Source: Candidatus Gottesmanbacteria bacterium (GTDB lineage Bacteria > Patescibacteriota > Microgenomatia > UBA10105 > UBA927). From it: 64,000 nt of DNA. The position numbers and the translations under genes are program-made. The number at the start of each line of letters is the position of its first letter. Within the stretch, counting starts at the first letter, position 1. The notes under the pieces are model-generated. The model made no database searches. It was not told the origin of the DNA and worked only from the letters and a program-made list of their open reading frames with translations. The stretch covers positions 70,206 through 134,205 of the forward strand of contig OY970230.1 in the NCBI GenBank assembly GCA_963714095.1, given 5' to 3'. Shown piece by piece: positions 53,697 through 63,702 of this stretch.

Positions 53697-54934
53697 AAAA
53701 TTTTTCTTCCTGTCAAAGTCTTTCGTACATCCAGCATCGCGGAATAGTTTGCCAAAATCCACAACATATCTTCTTGAGGAATATCACTAACAATTGTGGC
53801 GGCAACACCTGCATATTTCAATCTGAGGGCCATATCAAGCGCCCGGTCACCACTGACATAATATTTTAGGAAATTTTTATAATCTTCAAAGTCCACATCC
53901 CAAATCCAGCTCACATCACGGCCATCCGGAATCCCGTCATTGAGAACCAACAGAACTGGCCCTTTATCCCTCGAAGCGGCAACAGTCCGCAGCGATTCGT
54001 TGAAACCGGTCGGATTTTTCGACAGCAATATCTTTATTTTTTTATTCTTATACATAATTGTCTCCATCCGTCCGAATGCGGGCGTAAAATGGGTCAGAGC
54101 CCCGCGGATATCCGATGCTCGTATGCCGAGAGTCTTCGTTGTTAATGCCGCCGCAAGCGTGTTGTATCTGTTGTATACTCCCTCCAGAGGACTGACGAAA
54201 TCCGCAGCTGTAACGTCTTTTTTGGGTGGAACGAGGGGGCAGTGCCCGCATGCCCACTTCCCGAGGTGCGAGTAATAGACGCCGGCAAAGGTTAAACGCG
54301 CGCCGCAGTTCGGGCAATAAATCGAATCAGAAGCGTGCTGCATCGACGGCAAAAAGAGTGACGGGTCTTCAAGCCCGAAATACTTCACACTAGCCGAAAT
54401 TTTTGATCCGATAAATGCCAAATGCGGATCGTCGGCGTTCACGATTACACTGGTCTGGCGCTCTAAAGCTGAGAGTGCTACAGTCCATTTTTCAGCAATC
54501 GTATCCACTTCCCCATACCGGTCCAGCTGGTCGCGGAATAAATTGGTGAGAACGATAACTTCCGGAGTTATATCCTTAAGAATATTGGGCAATGTTGCTT
54601 CATCAACTTCAAAAATATAATAGTCTGCTTTTTGATTTGCCAAAAACACAGAAACCAACCCGTTATCCAAATTGGCGCCACTTGCATTCCGTGTTACCCT
54701 CTTTCCGTTTTGCGTGAGAATTGTCTCAATCATTTTTACCGTCGTTGTTTTTCCGTTGGTGCCTGCAACCAAGATAATATGCTTCGCGTTGGCACCTAAC
54801 GTCCGTAATATCCGTGGATTTATTCGTAATGCAATTTCCCCCGGCCACGTCGCGCCGGCTCCAATACGGAATGTTGTGCTAAAGAATGAAACAAATTTAC
54901 CTAATACTATTGCAACTCGCGTCCGGAGGGTCAT
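53693..54934 (-). CDS. murT: Lipid II isoglutaminyl synthase MurT (Mur ligase family)
   Basis: Walker A VAGTNGKTTT and MurT-specific Cys4 ribbon CPNCGARL...CGHCP. Confidence 0.8.
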   Translation of the reverse strand: MTLRTRVAIVLGKFVSFFSTTFRIGAGATWPGEIALRINPRILRTLGANAKHIILVAGTNGKTTTVKMIETILTQNGKRVTRNASGANLDNGLVSVFLANQKADYYIFEVDEATLPNILKDITPEVIVLTNLFRDQLDRYGEVDTIAEKWTVALSALERQTSVIVNADDPHLAFIGSKISASVKYFGLEDPSLFLPSMQHASDSIYCPNCGARLTFAGVYYSHLGKWACGHCPLVPPKKDVTAADFVSPLEGVYNRYNTLAAALTTKTLGIRASDIRGALTHFTPAFGRMETIMYKNKKIKILLSKNPTGFNESLRTVAASRDKGPVLLVLNDGIPDGRDVSWIWDVDFEDYKNFLKYYVSGDRALDMALRLKYAGVAATIVSDIPQEDMLWILANYSAMLDVRKTLTGRKIL

Positions 54935-54953
54935 TACATGCATTATATCAGGG

Positions 54954-55859
54954 TTACATAGCACGAAGTATTTTTATCCGCTCCGCTATCGGCGGATGGG
55001 TGTCGAAGAGGCCGGAAAACCAGGCTCCGAAGTTTTTGCCTTTAAACGGATTGACAATAAACAAATGGGCCGTCGCGTTTGTCGCTGTCGGCATAACATC
55101 CTTATCTTTTGACAGTTTTTCCAAAGCACTGGCAAGCCCCTCAGGATACCGCGTCAGATAGGCGCCGGAGGCATCTGCCAGATACTCACGTTTGCGGGAC
55201 ACCGCAAGCTGAATCATGGTCGCGATAATCGGGGAAAGAATGGCCAGAACGATACCCACGATCATAAGAATTCCCTGCAGATTCCCATTCTCATCACGGC
55301 TGCGCCTCGCGCCGCCCCACCAGAGCGTCCGCATGAACATGTCTGCCAAAAATGCAATCGTGCCAACAAGTACAGCAACGACCGCCATAAGCCGCGTATC
55401 AAAATTTTTAATATGCGAAAGTTCGTGTGCAATAACGCCCTCAAGTTCCCGCCGGTCCAAACGCTCCAATATACCGCTTGTTGCACAGACGACGGCGTGC
55501 TGCGGATCGCGGCCAGTGGCAAATGCGTTCATCGCCGGATCATCGATGACATAGAGCTTCGGTTCGGGGATACCGGCTGCGATAGCAAGATTTTCCGCAA
55601 CCGTATAAAAATCAAAGTCACGCCGGCGATCGGCTGGTCTGGCGCCGCTCATTGCCAGAACCATCTTATCCCCCCAGTAGTAACTGGCAAAACTCGCAAT
55701 GACGGCGATAACGACGGCGATAAACATCCATGAGTCGCCGTACCCCAAGGCGTTCCCCATCACATACCCGACCAGAATCACAAACGCCACAAAAAGCGTC
55801 ATAAAGACGTAGGTTTTTGTGACGTTACCACGGATCTGAGACGTAATCGTCGTTGCCAT
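54954..55859 (-). CDS. htpX: M48 zinc metalloprotease HtpX
   Basis: HELSHIKNFD (HExxH), TM helices. Confidence 0.8.
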   Translation of the reverse strand: MATTITSQIRGNVTKTYVFMTLFVAFVILVGYVMGNALGYGDSWMFIAVVIAVIASFASYYWGDKMVLAMSGARPADRRRDFDFYTVAENLAIAAGIPEPKLYVIDDPAMNAFATGRDPQHAVVCATSGILERLDRRELEGVIAHELSHIKNFDTRLMAVVAVLVGTIAFLADMFMRTLWWGGARRSRDENGNLQGILMIVGIVLAILSPIIATMIQLAVSRKREYLADASGAYLTRYPEGLASALEKLSKDKDVMPTATNATAHLFIVNPFKGKNFGAWFSGLFDTHPPIAERIKILRAM

Positions 55860-55861
55860 GA

Positions 55862-56416
55862 TTACTCAAAATTAACCTTTACCGGTTGGCGGTCCGCATC
55901 ACTTGCGCCGAAGAATTCCTTGTCCGTAAATCCTAAATTGGAAGCTACCAGAGAATTCGGGAACAGTTTAATTTTCGTATTAAACTCCATAACGGAACTG
56001 TTGTAATACTGCCTGGAGTAGGCGACTTTATCTTCCGTATCGGACAGTTCCTTTTGGAGCTGTATAAAGCTGTCGTTTGCCTTCAGCTGCGGATAGTTCT
56101 CGGCAATAGCCAGCAGTTTCCCGAGTGCCCCTGAAAGTGCATCGCTTGCCTTGGCTTTTGCCGACATACTTTCTGCTCCGAGCATTGCTTTATGTGCATC
56201 GGTAACCGCCGTCATAATGGATTTCTCGTGCTTCGCATACCCTTTGACGGTCTCGACAAGATTGGGGATAAGGTCCGCGCGGCGCTTGAGCTGCACGTCT
56301 ATCTGACTCCATGCCTCATCAATGTGCATTTTAAGCGTCACCAGGCCGTTATAAAGAGACCATACATACAAAACAAGAACAACAAGGATAATGCCGACAA
56401 TAACTAGTGGACTCAT
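55862..56416 (-). CDS. lemA: LemA family protein
   Basis: N-terminal TM plus the conserved LemA sequence. Confidence 0.75.
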   Translation of the reverse strand: MSPLVIVGIILVVLVLYVWSLYNGLVTLKMHIDEAWSQIDVQLKRRADLIPNLVETVKGYAKHEKSIMTAVTDAHKAMLGAESMSAKAKASDALSGALGKLLAIAENYPQLKANDSFIQLQKELSDTEDKVAYSRQYYNSSVMEFNTKIKLFPNSLVASNLGFTDKEFFGASDADRQPVKVNFE

Positions 56417-56417
56417 A

Positions 56418-58196
56418 TTATGCTCCTTTCAAAAGCCATGTCTTAAAATCATTATACCGCAAACAGTTGAGAATGTCATGCTTCGTTGCCCATCCGCGCC
56501 GGGCAACCGAAACACCGTATTTCATAAAGTCCATACCCGCAACTTCGTGAGAATCCGTATCAATACAAAACTTCAACTTCTCTTTCACGGCATCATATAC
56601 CAATACATCCGGCAAATCCAACCGCGAAGGCGACGCATTAATCTCCAATGCGATATCGTTTGTCTTACAGATGGAAAAAATTTCCGGCCAGTCAGCATCA
56701 ACTCCTTCCCGACTGCCAAGGAGTCTTGCCGTAGGATGACCGAATATGCGTACTTTCGGGTGGTACGCTAACGCTCTGAGAATCCGCTGAGTTATTGTTT
56801 TACGGTCCTGCGTAAAACTTGAATGCAGCGACGCGATAACACCGTCGACAAAATCAAACGCCCCAGAGGGCAAAGCTAGTTTTCCGTCGGGAAGGATATC
56901 AACTTCGCACAGAAGAAAATAGTGAACACTTTTTTTATTCTTTTTTTGCCATGAGGAATATTTGTGTTCATACCATTCTTTCCGCCTTTTCATAATTTCA
57001 ACAATTTGTTTTTCATTATGGTTTCCAATACTCGGGTTGTGGTCGCTTATCCCTATATAGTCGTACCCCAAAACCGCTGCGCGATCCAGATAATCGGAAA
57101 ACTGGTCAACCCCAAGATCATGGGAAGGTTCAAGATTATAATCCGTATGGATATGAAGATCCCCCCTGATATCGGAAAGTTCCACAATCCGCGGCATGGT
57201 TCCTTTGCGGGCCGCTTCTATTTCTCCGTTATCCTCCCGCAGCTCCGGAGGAATATACGTAAGTCCAAGTGCTTTATAAAACGCTTCTTCTGTCGTAAAC
57301 GAATCAATCTTCCCGCTTGAAACGTGCTTAATTCCGTATTCAGACAACGACAATCCGCGGGATAACGCAAAAGAGCGCAGTGCGATATTGTGATTTTTGC
57401 TGCCCGTAAAATACTGCAGCATCGCTCCGTACGTCGCCTGGCCCGCGACCCGAAGATCTACCTGCCGGCCGTTATGAAGCCGAAGGGATGCCCCTGTCGG
57501 GCCCTTTTCAATAATCTCCTGGTGGGGATACGCAAGAAAATGCGTAATAATTTCCTTGGGTTTACCGGTCACCACGGCGATATCAATATCACCGATCGTT
57601 GATACCTGCCGCCTCAGGCTTCCAAGTACATCAACACGTTGCACCGAAGGATCTTTTTTCAAAAACGCAATGACATCATCGGCAATCCCGTCCGCGACCG
57701 GCAGTGCCATACGGTTTTCTTTAATCTGGCCTTTCCGGTATATTTCAATATTCGTCAAAATATCCTCTTCAGACTTGTCACCAAATCCTTCAATCGGGGC
57801 GATCTTATGAGCTTTCGCCGCTTTCTCAAGTTCTTCGATAACCTTTTTTTCATTTCGAAGCTTCAATTCCGTCACTAATTTATACGCTTTTTTAGGACCG
57901 ATGCCGGGAACCAGAAGCAAAGGAAAAACTGCGGCTGGTAATTTTGCCATAACGCTATCGAAATGTTTTGAATGGCCGGTCCGGAATAATTCGTCTAAAT
58001 GAGATGCAAGGGTATCACCCACTCCCGGGATTTCCTGAAGTTTTTTATCATCCCAGTAATCTTTCAGTTCACTCGTCAGATGCTCAATACTGTCGGCAGC
58101 CCGCTGGTAGGCGATAATACGGAACCGGTTTTCTCCGAGGATCTCGTATGCGGCGGCGACTCTTCGTAATAATTCAGCGATTTCAAGATTTGTCAT
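56418..58196 (-). CDS. polX: Family X DNA polymerase (PolX) with C-terminal PHP 3'-5' exonuclease domain
   Basis: N-terminal HhH/pol-beta pattern and C-terminal HIHTDYN PHP motifs. Confidence 0.8.
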   Translation of the reverse strand: MTNLEIAELLRRVAAAYEILGENRFRIIAYQRAADSIEHLTSELKDYWDDKKLQEIPGVGDTLASHLDELFRTGHSKHFDSVMAKLPAAVFPLLLVPGIGPKKAYKLVTELKLRNEKKVIEELEKAAKAHKIAPIEGFGDKSEEDILTNIEIYRKGQIKENRMALPVADGIADDVIAFLKKDPSVQRVDVLGSLRRQVSTIGDIDIAVVTGKPKEIITHFLAYPHQEIIEKGPTGASLRLHNGRQVDLRVAGQATYGAMLQYFTGSKNHNIALRSFALSRGLSLSEYGIKHVSSGKIDSFTTEEAFYKALGLTYIPPELREDNGEIEAARKGTMPRIVELSDIRGDLHIHTDYNLEPSHDLGVDQFSDYLDRAAVLGYDYIGISDHNPSIGNHNEKQIVEIMKRRKEWYEHKYSSWQKKNKKSVHYFLLCEVDILPDGKLALPSGAFDFVDGVIASLHSSFTQDRKTITQRILRALAYHPKVRIFGHPTARLLGSREGVDADWPEIFSICKTNDIALEINASPSRLDLPDVLVYDAVKEKLKFCIDTDSHEVAGMDFMKYGVSVARRGWATKHDILNCLRYNDFKTWLLKGA

Positions 58197-58268
58197 ACGC
58201 TTTGCAGATTTATCCTAGCACAAACGTTGTACGGGCCGCAATTTTCTATTATAATGCGGCATAGTGAT

Positions 58269-58343
58269 GGGATCGTAGCTCAGCCTGGTTAGAGCGTCTC
58301 CCTGTCAAGGAGAAGGTCGCCGGTCCGAACCCGGTCGGTCCCG
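58269..58343 (+). tRNA. tRNA-Asp (anticodon GUC)
   Basis: Hand-folded: acceptor GGGATCG/CGGTCCC, anticodon loop CTGTCAA. Confidence 0.7.
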
Positions 58344-58363
58344 CACACATCTCGTCAAAACAG

Positions 58364-58960
58364 ATGACTGCTCTTTCACAACTGCCTGGAACGGAGGAAA
58401 CAAATTGTATGTGGAAAAAACTCGTTAAACAATTTAACTCAACTGATTCGATAGTGTCACTCATCCTGGGACTGGCCGTAGTACTCGTTGTTGGTCTGAC
58501 AATTTTCAATTACGTCAAGTCCAAAACACAACCTGCGGCAAGCACAACGCGTACGACAAACGAAAAACCCGCAGAAACGACTCCCTCCCTTCCGACAAAA
58601 CATACGGTTATAGAAGGCGAATCGCTGTGGACTATTGCCGAAACGTATTACAAAAGTGGCTATAACTGGGTGGATATCCGGGACGCAAATAGTCTGGCAA
58701 ATCCGAGCCTTATCGAGGCAGGACAAACCCTGACAATCCCGGACGTTGCTCCAAAATTAGTCTCAACACCGGCAATCAGTGCGGCATCCGTAAGCGCAAA
58801 ACCCAAAGATGCCAGCTACACCGTGGTCGCAGGCGACGATCTGTGGAATATTGCGCTCAAAGAATACGGAACAGGATATAAATGGGTTGATATAGCGGCA
58901 GGAAATAAACTTGAAAATCCTGGGATCATCCATGCAGGAAACGTCCTGACGATGCCCTAA
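58364..58960 (+). CDS. LysM-repeat (2x) peptidoglycan-binding protein with N-terminal TM
   Basis: HTVIEGESLWTIAE...GQTLTIP and YTVVAGDDLWNIAL...GNVLTMP. Confidence 0.7.
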   Translation: MTALSQLPGTEETNCMWKKLVKQFNSTDSIVSLILGLAVVLVVGLTIFNYVKSKTQPAASTTRTTNEKPAETTPSLPTKHTVIEGESLWTIAETYYKSGYNWVDIRDANSLANPSLIEAGQTLTIPDVAPKLVSTPAISAASVSAKPKDASYTVVAGDDLWNIALKEYGTGYKWVDIAAGNKLENPGIIHAGNVLTMP

Positions 58961-59022
58961 AATCGGTATTGTTTCGAAATAATACAGAGTACAATGAAAA
59001 AGGCACCGGGCTTTTTTCATTC

Positions 59023-59093
59023 GCGGGATTAGTACACCGGTAGTATGCCACCTTCCCAAGGTGGAGAAGCCAGTTCGATTCTGGTATCCCGCT
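59023..59093 (+). tRNA. tRNA-Gly (anticodon CCC)
   Basis: Hand-folded: acceptor GCGGGAT/ATCCCGC, anticodon loop TTCCCAA, T-loop GTTCGATTC. Confidence 0.65.
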
Positions 59094-59112
59094 CAGGAGT
59101 ATAACCAATAGT

Positions 59113-59478
59113 ATGGGAATACTGACAGAATATAATCCTGATTTGGCACTTCGTGCCTTTACTGAATATAAAAAGGGCAATCGGATGGTAGATGAATGCG
59201 TGCCTGAACAACTTGTCCGCGGAAAAATATACGGATTTTCCAAACGCGGTCAGAGAAATTATTGGTTGGAGGGAGAAATTCCGCTTCTTATCACAAAAGG
59301 CAACCAACAGCTCAGTAAACCAATCGCCAGTATCCGTATTCTCGAAGCAACTCATCTTTTGCTGAACAAAACTCCATGGACAAAAGGCTCATATAAAGTC
59401 ATCGAGGTTTATAATAACAAAGATAAGCGGGTTCACTTTAATGGGTTTGCGAAAATTCAGCGTTCCGCAACAAAATGA
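59113..59478 (+). CDS. Hypothetical protein
   Basis: ORF only. Confidence 0.3.
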   Translation: MGILTEYNPDLALRAFTEYKKGNRMVDECVPEQLVRGKIYGFSKRGQRNYWLEGEIPLLITKGNQQLSKPIASIRILEATHLLLNKTPWTKGSYKVIEVYNNKDKRVHFNGFAKIQRSATK

Positions 59479-59987
59479 AACTCTACAGATTTAGTCCTAT
59501 CAAAAACAAATCCGAATTACTGAAGGCAATCACATATATCCATTTCGCATGCCATAGGCTTTGCAAACAATCATTCGGCAACTATCTGCCGATCGCCAGA
59601 AATATCGGCGTATTTTGCCACTACGATGAAGAATTTCTTACACTTACCAATCTTCGCAAGGAAATGTCGGATGCGGGAGATAATTGGAACAATAAGTATT
59701 TCCGCTTACATGAACCGATTACAGTTCCTGCAGAAAAAGGTATCCTCCAAACTACTTACACATACCTTTATATCCGAAAGCCGGATCCAACCCATCCTCA
59801 GGCGGGCGACCTTGATTTTTATTTAGAACCCTCAAAGTATGCCGAACTGAAAAAAACATTATTGACAGGCAATGAACTTAAAGGGGCGAGAATTCTTAAA
59901 CGGCCTGATTTGGATTACGTGGAGCTATACGATCCGAATATTGACGCATATGGATACGTGGGTACACACAGAATGACAATGCTGTAA
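59475..59987 (+). CDS. Hypothetical protein
   Basis: ORF only; 4-bp overlap with the upstream gene. Confidence 0.3.
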   Translation: MKLYRFSPIKNKSELLKAITYIHFACHRLCKQSFGNYLPIARNIGVFCHYDEEFLTLTNLRKEMSDAGDNWNNKYFRLHEPITVPAEKGILQTTYTYLYIRKPDPTHPQAGDLDFYLEPSKYAELKKTLLTGNELKGARILKRPDLDYVELYDPNIDAYGYVGTHRMTML

Positions 59988-60027
59988 AGTTTACCCGCAT
60001 GCCCTGCTCTGCTAAAATAGGACTACT

Positions 60028-60098
60028 GCCTCCTTAGCTCAACGGCCGAGCAGCGGTATCGTAAACCGTAGATGACAGTTCAATTCTGTCAGGAGGCT
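60028..60098 (+). tRNA. tRNA-Thr (anticodon CGU)
   Basis: Hand-folded: acceptor GCCTCCT/AGGAGGC, anticodon loop ATCGTAA. Confidence 0.65.
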
Positions 60099-60101
60099 CA
60101 T

Positions 60102-60818
60102 ATGGTATATTCAAGACTTAACAGGGTTGCTGACCGCAAAGAAAAACGGAGGCTTGTGCTGGCAGTTGTCGGTATTCTGGCAATATTTACCCTCCTCATT
60201 CTTTTCGGCGTCAAGGCGCTTATCGGTTTTAGCCTTTTAGTCGAAAAAATAAAAGGCAACCCAACTACGACACCGACGCAACAATCTCAAACGTTTATTT
60301 TGCCTCCGACGATAGATCCGCCTCCCGTTGCCACCAACAGTGCCGCTATTCCCGTTACGGGCAAAGGACAATCAGGGCTCAGTGTGATTCTCTACGTCAA
60401 CAACAGCAAATTTACGCAGCTTCCCGTCAAACAGGACGGCACATTCCTTATCTCCTCCGTTGCCCTTACCAGCGGCGCCAATACCATCAGCGCAAAACTG
60501 ACGGACGCAAAAGGTAATCTCAGCGACCTGTCGAATATCGTTTCCGTCACCTACAGCAACACGCCGCCGAAGCTCGTCATCAGTGATCCAGCGGATAATA
60601 CGACCGTTTCCGGAGATCCCAATACGGTTACCGTCAACGGCATGACTGATGATAATGTCACGGTCACCATTAACGACCGTGTGGTTGTTATAAAAACCGA
60701 TGACTCATTTAGTTACAGTTATCCCTTAAACGAAGGAGATAATATACTGAATATTGTAGCAACCGATGCGTCCGGAAATCAGACAACCGTCCAGCGCAAA
60801 ATCACGTACCACAAATAA
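60102..60818 (+). CDS. Membrane-anchored protein with bacterial Ig-like repeats
   Basis: TM helix LVLAVVGILAIFTLLILF and T/S/V/N-rich beta repeats. Start moved to 60102 so it does not overlap the tRNA. Confidence 0.5.
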   Translation: MVYSRLNRVADRKEKRRLVLAVVGILAIFTLLILFGVKALIGFSLLVEKIKGNPTTTPTQQSQTFILPPTIDPPPVATNSAAIPVTGKGQSGLSVILYVNNSKFTQLPVKQDGTFLISSVALTSGANTISAKLTDAKGNLSDLSNIVSVTYSNTPPKLVISDPADNTTVSGDPNTVTVNGMTDDNVTVTINDRVVVIKTDDSFSYSYPLNEGDNILNIVATDASGNQTTVQRKITYHK

Positions 60819-61941
60819 CGGCGCCCGTCAGGATCCATATCCATATCATCACCCACGGATAAAACAGACTGTTGACGAACAAACTGTGTACGAGGATGGC
60901 CACAACACTGACAATATAGAACATAGATTTTTCCCCAGCCCGAATCATCATAATAAGAAGATATATATACGCGGCAAAACCGAAGACCCCTGTTGTTGCA
61001 AGAACAAAAAGGATGCTGCTGTCCAAACCTGAAGCGGATTTGGATATAATAGCCGACGGCGCCTTATTGAGATACCGAAGGGTGTCAAACCCGTAGCCGA
61101 AGAGCGGCGCTTTTGCAATCAGCTGCAAGCTATCCTGCCAATTCCCGACTCGCGCCTGCGACGAGTCCTGCCTCAACAGGCTCAGTGTACTCCCTGAAGT
61201 TCTTGGAAGAACAAAGACGAGTACCGCAAACGCAACAATACCCAATGCGATTTTCCACTGTTTCGTCCATGCGGCGAAACAGAGAACAGCTACGGCAAGC
61301 GCGGCGTAGCTACTCCGGGAATACGTCAAAAGTAAAGAAACAAACGCGACGATCTGTCCGATGATAAGGAGATAATTGTGTTGCTTTTTCTTCCACAAAC
61401 CGAATCCCAAAAGAAGCGTCAGCACCAAAAGTATTCCCGCAAAATTAGGATCTAAAAGGCTGGAAAACAACCGATAATAATGCGGGTCCCATCCCAGATA
61501 CATGAGATTCCGCAAGTCCGGGTACAGAAAAAACTGGAGAAGCCCGATAACGCCCAGTCCGACGCCGACTATATACAGACCTTGGAGCCAAAAATGTACG
61601 TATTTCTTATCCTGAACAACAATACAATAAAGCGCGGCATAAAACGACCACCGTACGAGGTATAAACTTCCAAATCCGATTTCGGGAAGGGGAAAACGGA
61701 ATATATTAACAAACAACGAAAGCGCAGCGACTGCGATAAACAGTAGAATCGGCTTGGTGAGCTTTGAACCACGGAATTTACGAACAGAAAATAGAAGCAG
61801 GAGAACTAATACAATATCATGCACGTAAACGACGACTCCCGGAAAGGGTGATATTCCTCCCAGTTGTCCTGCCAAAAGGCTCGCAAGAAACAGAACGATA
61901 AGAATAGTCATTATTTTTCCTTCGGATGCCACAAAAGCCAC
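60802..61941 (-). CDS. O-antigen ligase/polymerase-like (Wzy/WaaL family) polytopic membrane protein
   Basis: Ten or more TM segments; glycan-locus context. Confidence 0.55.
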   Translation of the reverse strand: MAFVASEGKIMTILIVLFLASLLAGQLGGISPFPGVVVYVHDIVLVLLLLFSVRKFRGSKLTKPILLFIAVAALSLFVNIFRFPLPEIGFGSLYLVRWSFYAALYCIVVQDKKYVHFWLQGLYIVGVGLGVIGLLQFFLYPDLRNLMYLGWDPHYYRLFSSLLDPNFAGILLVLTLLLGFGLWKKKQHNYLLIIGQIVAFVSLLLTYSRSSYAALAVAVLCFAAWTKQWKIALGIVAFAVLVFVLPRTSGSTLSLLRQDSSQARVGNWQDSLQLIAKAPLFGYGFDTLRYLNKAPSAIISKSASGLDSSILFVLATTGVFGFAAYIYLLIMMIRAGEKSMFYIVSVVAILVHSLFVNSLFYPWVMIWIWILTGAVICGT

Positions 61942-62654
61942 AGCTTCGCGCGCGTCAGAAATGAATGAAAACTCATGGCTAACGCCAAGACTGCTCCCGC
62001 GGTACCGTCAAGAAATCCGAGGTACAGGACGTAATCCATAAAAAACTTGACCTTTGGATACGCGATAATATGCCACCACGACACGTGTACATTTTTGGAA
62101 TAGAGGTACCGTGCATTGATCGTTGAATATCGATTTATATCAGTAATAAATTGTGCGACGTCTTGATGGGGGAAATGATCGAGAGGGTGTGAAAGCTCAC
62201 CGATGCTGCCCCTCACATTCCACACCTCATGAACAGTTCTTTTCCATATGCCTGAATTCTTTTTGGCTAACCGCAGGAGACGGACTCTTCCCGTCTCCCC
62301 GTGGCGCAATGGCTTCCCGAAGAGGTAATCCGTGCGTTTTATGTAAAATCCTGCACAGTCAATTTCCAGAACTTTTTGAATTTCTTTCGCCAAATCCGTA
62401 GGAACGACCTCATCACTGTCCATAAACAGTATCCACTCCCCTGCTGCTTTTGCCAGTCCGAAGTTCCTCTGCGCCGCAAAGTCATCATTCAGGCGGTGTT
62501 GATATATTTTTGCATGAAAATTTTTCGCAATTGATACTGTCCCGTCTGTCGAAAAATCGTCAATAACAATAAGTTCGCCGCACCAGGTGAGACTGGTGAG
62601 AGTCCGGCCGATGGAATCTTCATCGTTGTGGGATAATACGATTGCACTTATCAC
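61911..62654 (-). CDS. GT2 family glycosyltransferase
   Basis: ISAIVLSHNDEDSIGRTL...VIDDFSTDGT...FMDSDE (DxD). Confidence 0.7.
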   Translation of the reverse strand: MISAIVLSHNDEDSIGRTLTSLTWCGELIVIDDFSTDGTVSIAKNFHAKIYQHRLNDDFAAQRNFGLAKAAGEWILFMDSDEVVPTDLAKEIQKVLEIDCAGFYIKRTDYLFGKPLRHGETGRVRLLRLAKKNSGIWKRTVHEVWNVRGSIGELSHPLDHFPHQDVAQFITDINRYSTINARYLYSKNVHVSWWHIIAYPKVKFFMDYVLYLGFLDGTAGAVLALAMSFHSFLTRAKLWLLWHPKEK

Positions 62655-62669
62655 ACGTCCATTATATCA

Positions 62670-63692
62670 TTGCCAGGAATGAAACTATTAGCGCGTCTAT
62701 CGCCGGTATCCGTGTTCCTTTTCATTTGTGCCGTGTACATAACCGGTTTTTTTGCTCATGCGGAGTATCTTCACAAAACCGTCTACGGGGACGGCATGTA
62801 TTACTACGCTTGGCTTACCCTGCAGCCAAACAAATTTTCAATAGGACCGGCACTCTTTTGGGTTCCTGCATATCTTCTGACACACAATCAGATAATCGTG
62901 GGATTAACAGATGTTCTTGCTGCTATTTTTTCACTTCTTCTCTTGTGGAATCTCCTGCTCAACTATTTCAATAAAACCGTCAGCATCATGACTGTCACCG
63001 CAGTTGCCGGAGCAAGTAACCTGTTGTTTTACGGATCCCTCGATGTGGTAAATTCCCACGCGTTGACCTTTTTTGCCGCGACGGTCTTTCTCTCACTTCT
63101 GTATTCCAAACATAAACAATGGATCGCCATCGGAGCCGCTCTGGGACTGCTTGGGTTAATGCGTACCCAGGATATCATTTACGGAATACTTCTTCTCCCG
63201 TTTATCACTAAAAAAAATATTCTGCCGATTATTACAGGTTTTTTTCTTCTGTTTTTACCGCAATTATGTGCATGGCAATGGACCTCCGGAAAGTTTTGGG
63301 TTAGCCCGTATCTTACGGACGGCGAGGGATTTACTTTCCTCCGTCCCCATATCATCGGGGTGCTTTTTGGCCTGCAAAACGGCCTCTTCCTGTGGACACC
63401 GATCACGCTTCTTGGCGCGGTCGGTCTCATAGCAAAAAAACGGTTTCTATTTTTATCGGTATTTATTCTTGAACTCTACACCGTTTCTTCCTGGAGCACG
63501 TGGTGGCAGGGGGCCTCATACAGCGGGCGGATGTTTGTGAGTTCACTCCCGGTTCTCTCATTCGGTGTTGCGTCCGTCTTTTCTTGGCTTTCACGGTACA
63601 AATGGACGAAGGCATATTTTCTTATTGCAATTATTATTCCGTTATCAGTGATAAACGCGATGAACATCGTCTACTTTCTTTTACGCACATAA
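62670..63692 (+). CDS. Polytopic membrane protein, GT-C-like (ArnT/PMT-like glycosyltransferase candidate)
   Basis: About 10 TM helices, with no soluble domain. Confidence 0.4.
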   Translation: MPGMKLLARLSPVSVFLFICAVYITGFFAHAEYLHKTVYGDGMYYYAWLTLQPNKFSIGPALFWVPAYLLTHNQIIVGLTDVLAAIFSLLLLWNLLLNYFNKTVSIMTVTAVAGASNLLFYGSLDVVNSHALTFFAATVFLSLLYSKHKQWIAIGAALGLLGLMRTQDIIYGILLLPFITKKNILPIITGFFLLFLPQLCAWQWTSGKFWVSPYLTDGEGFTFLRPHIIGVLFGLQNGLFLWTPITLLGAVGLIAKKRFLFLSVFILELYTVSSWSTWWQGASYSGRMFVSSLPVLSFGVASVFSWLSRYKWTKAYFLIAIIIPLSVINAMNIVYFLLRT

Positions 63693-63702
63693 GTTACGCG
63701 GT

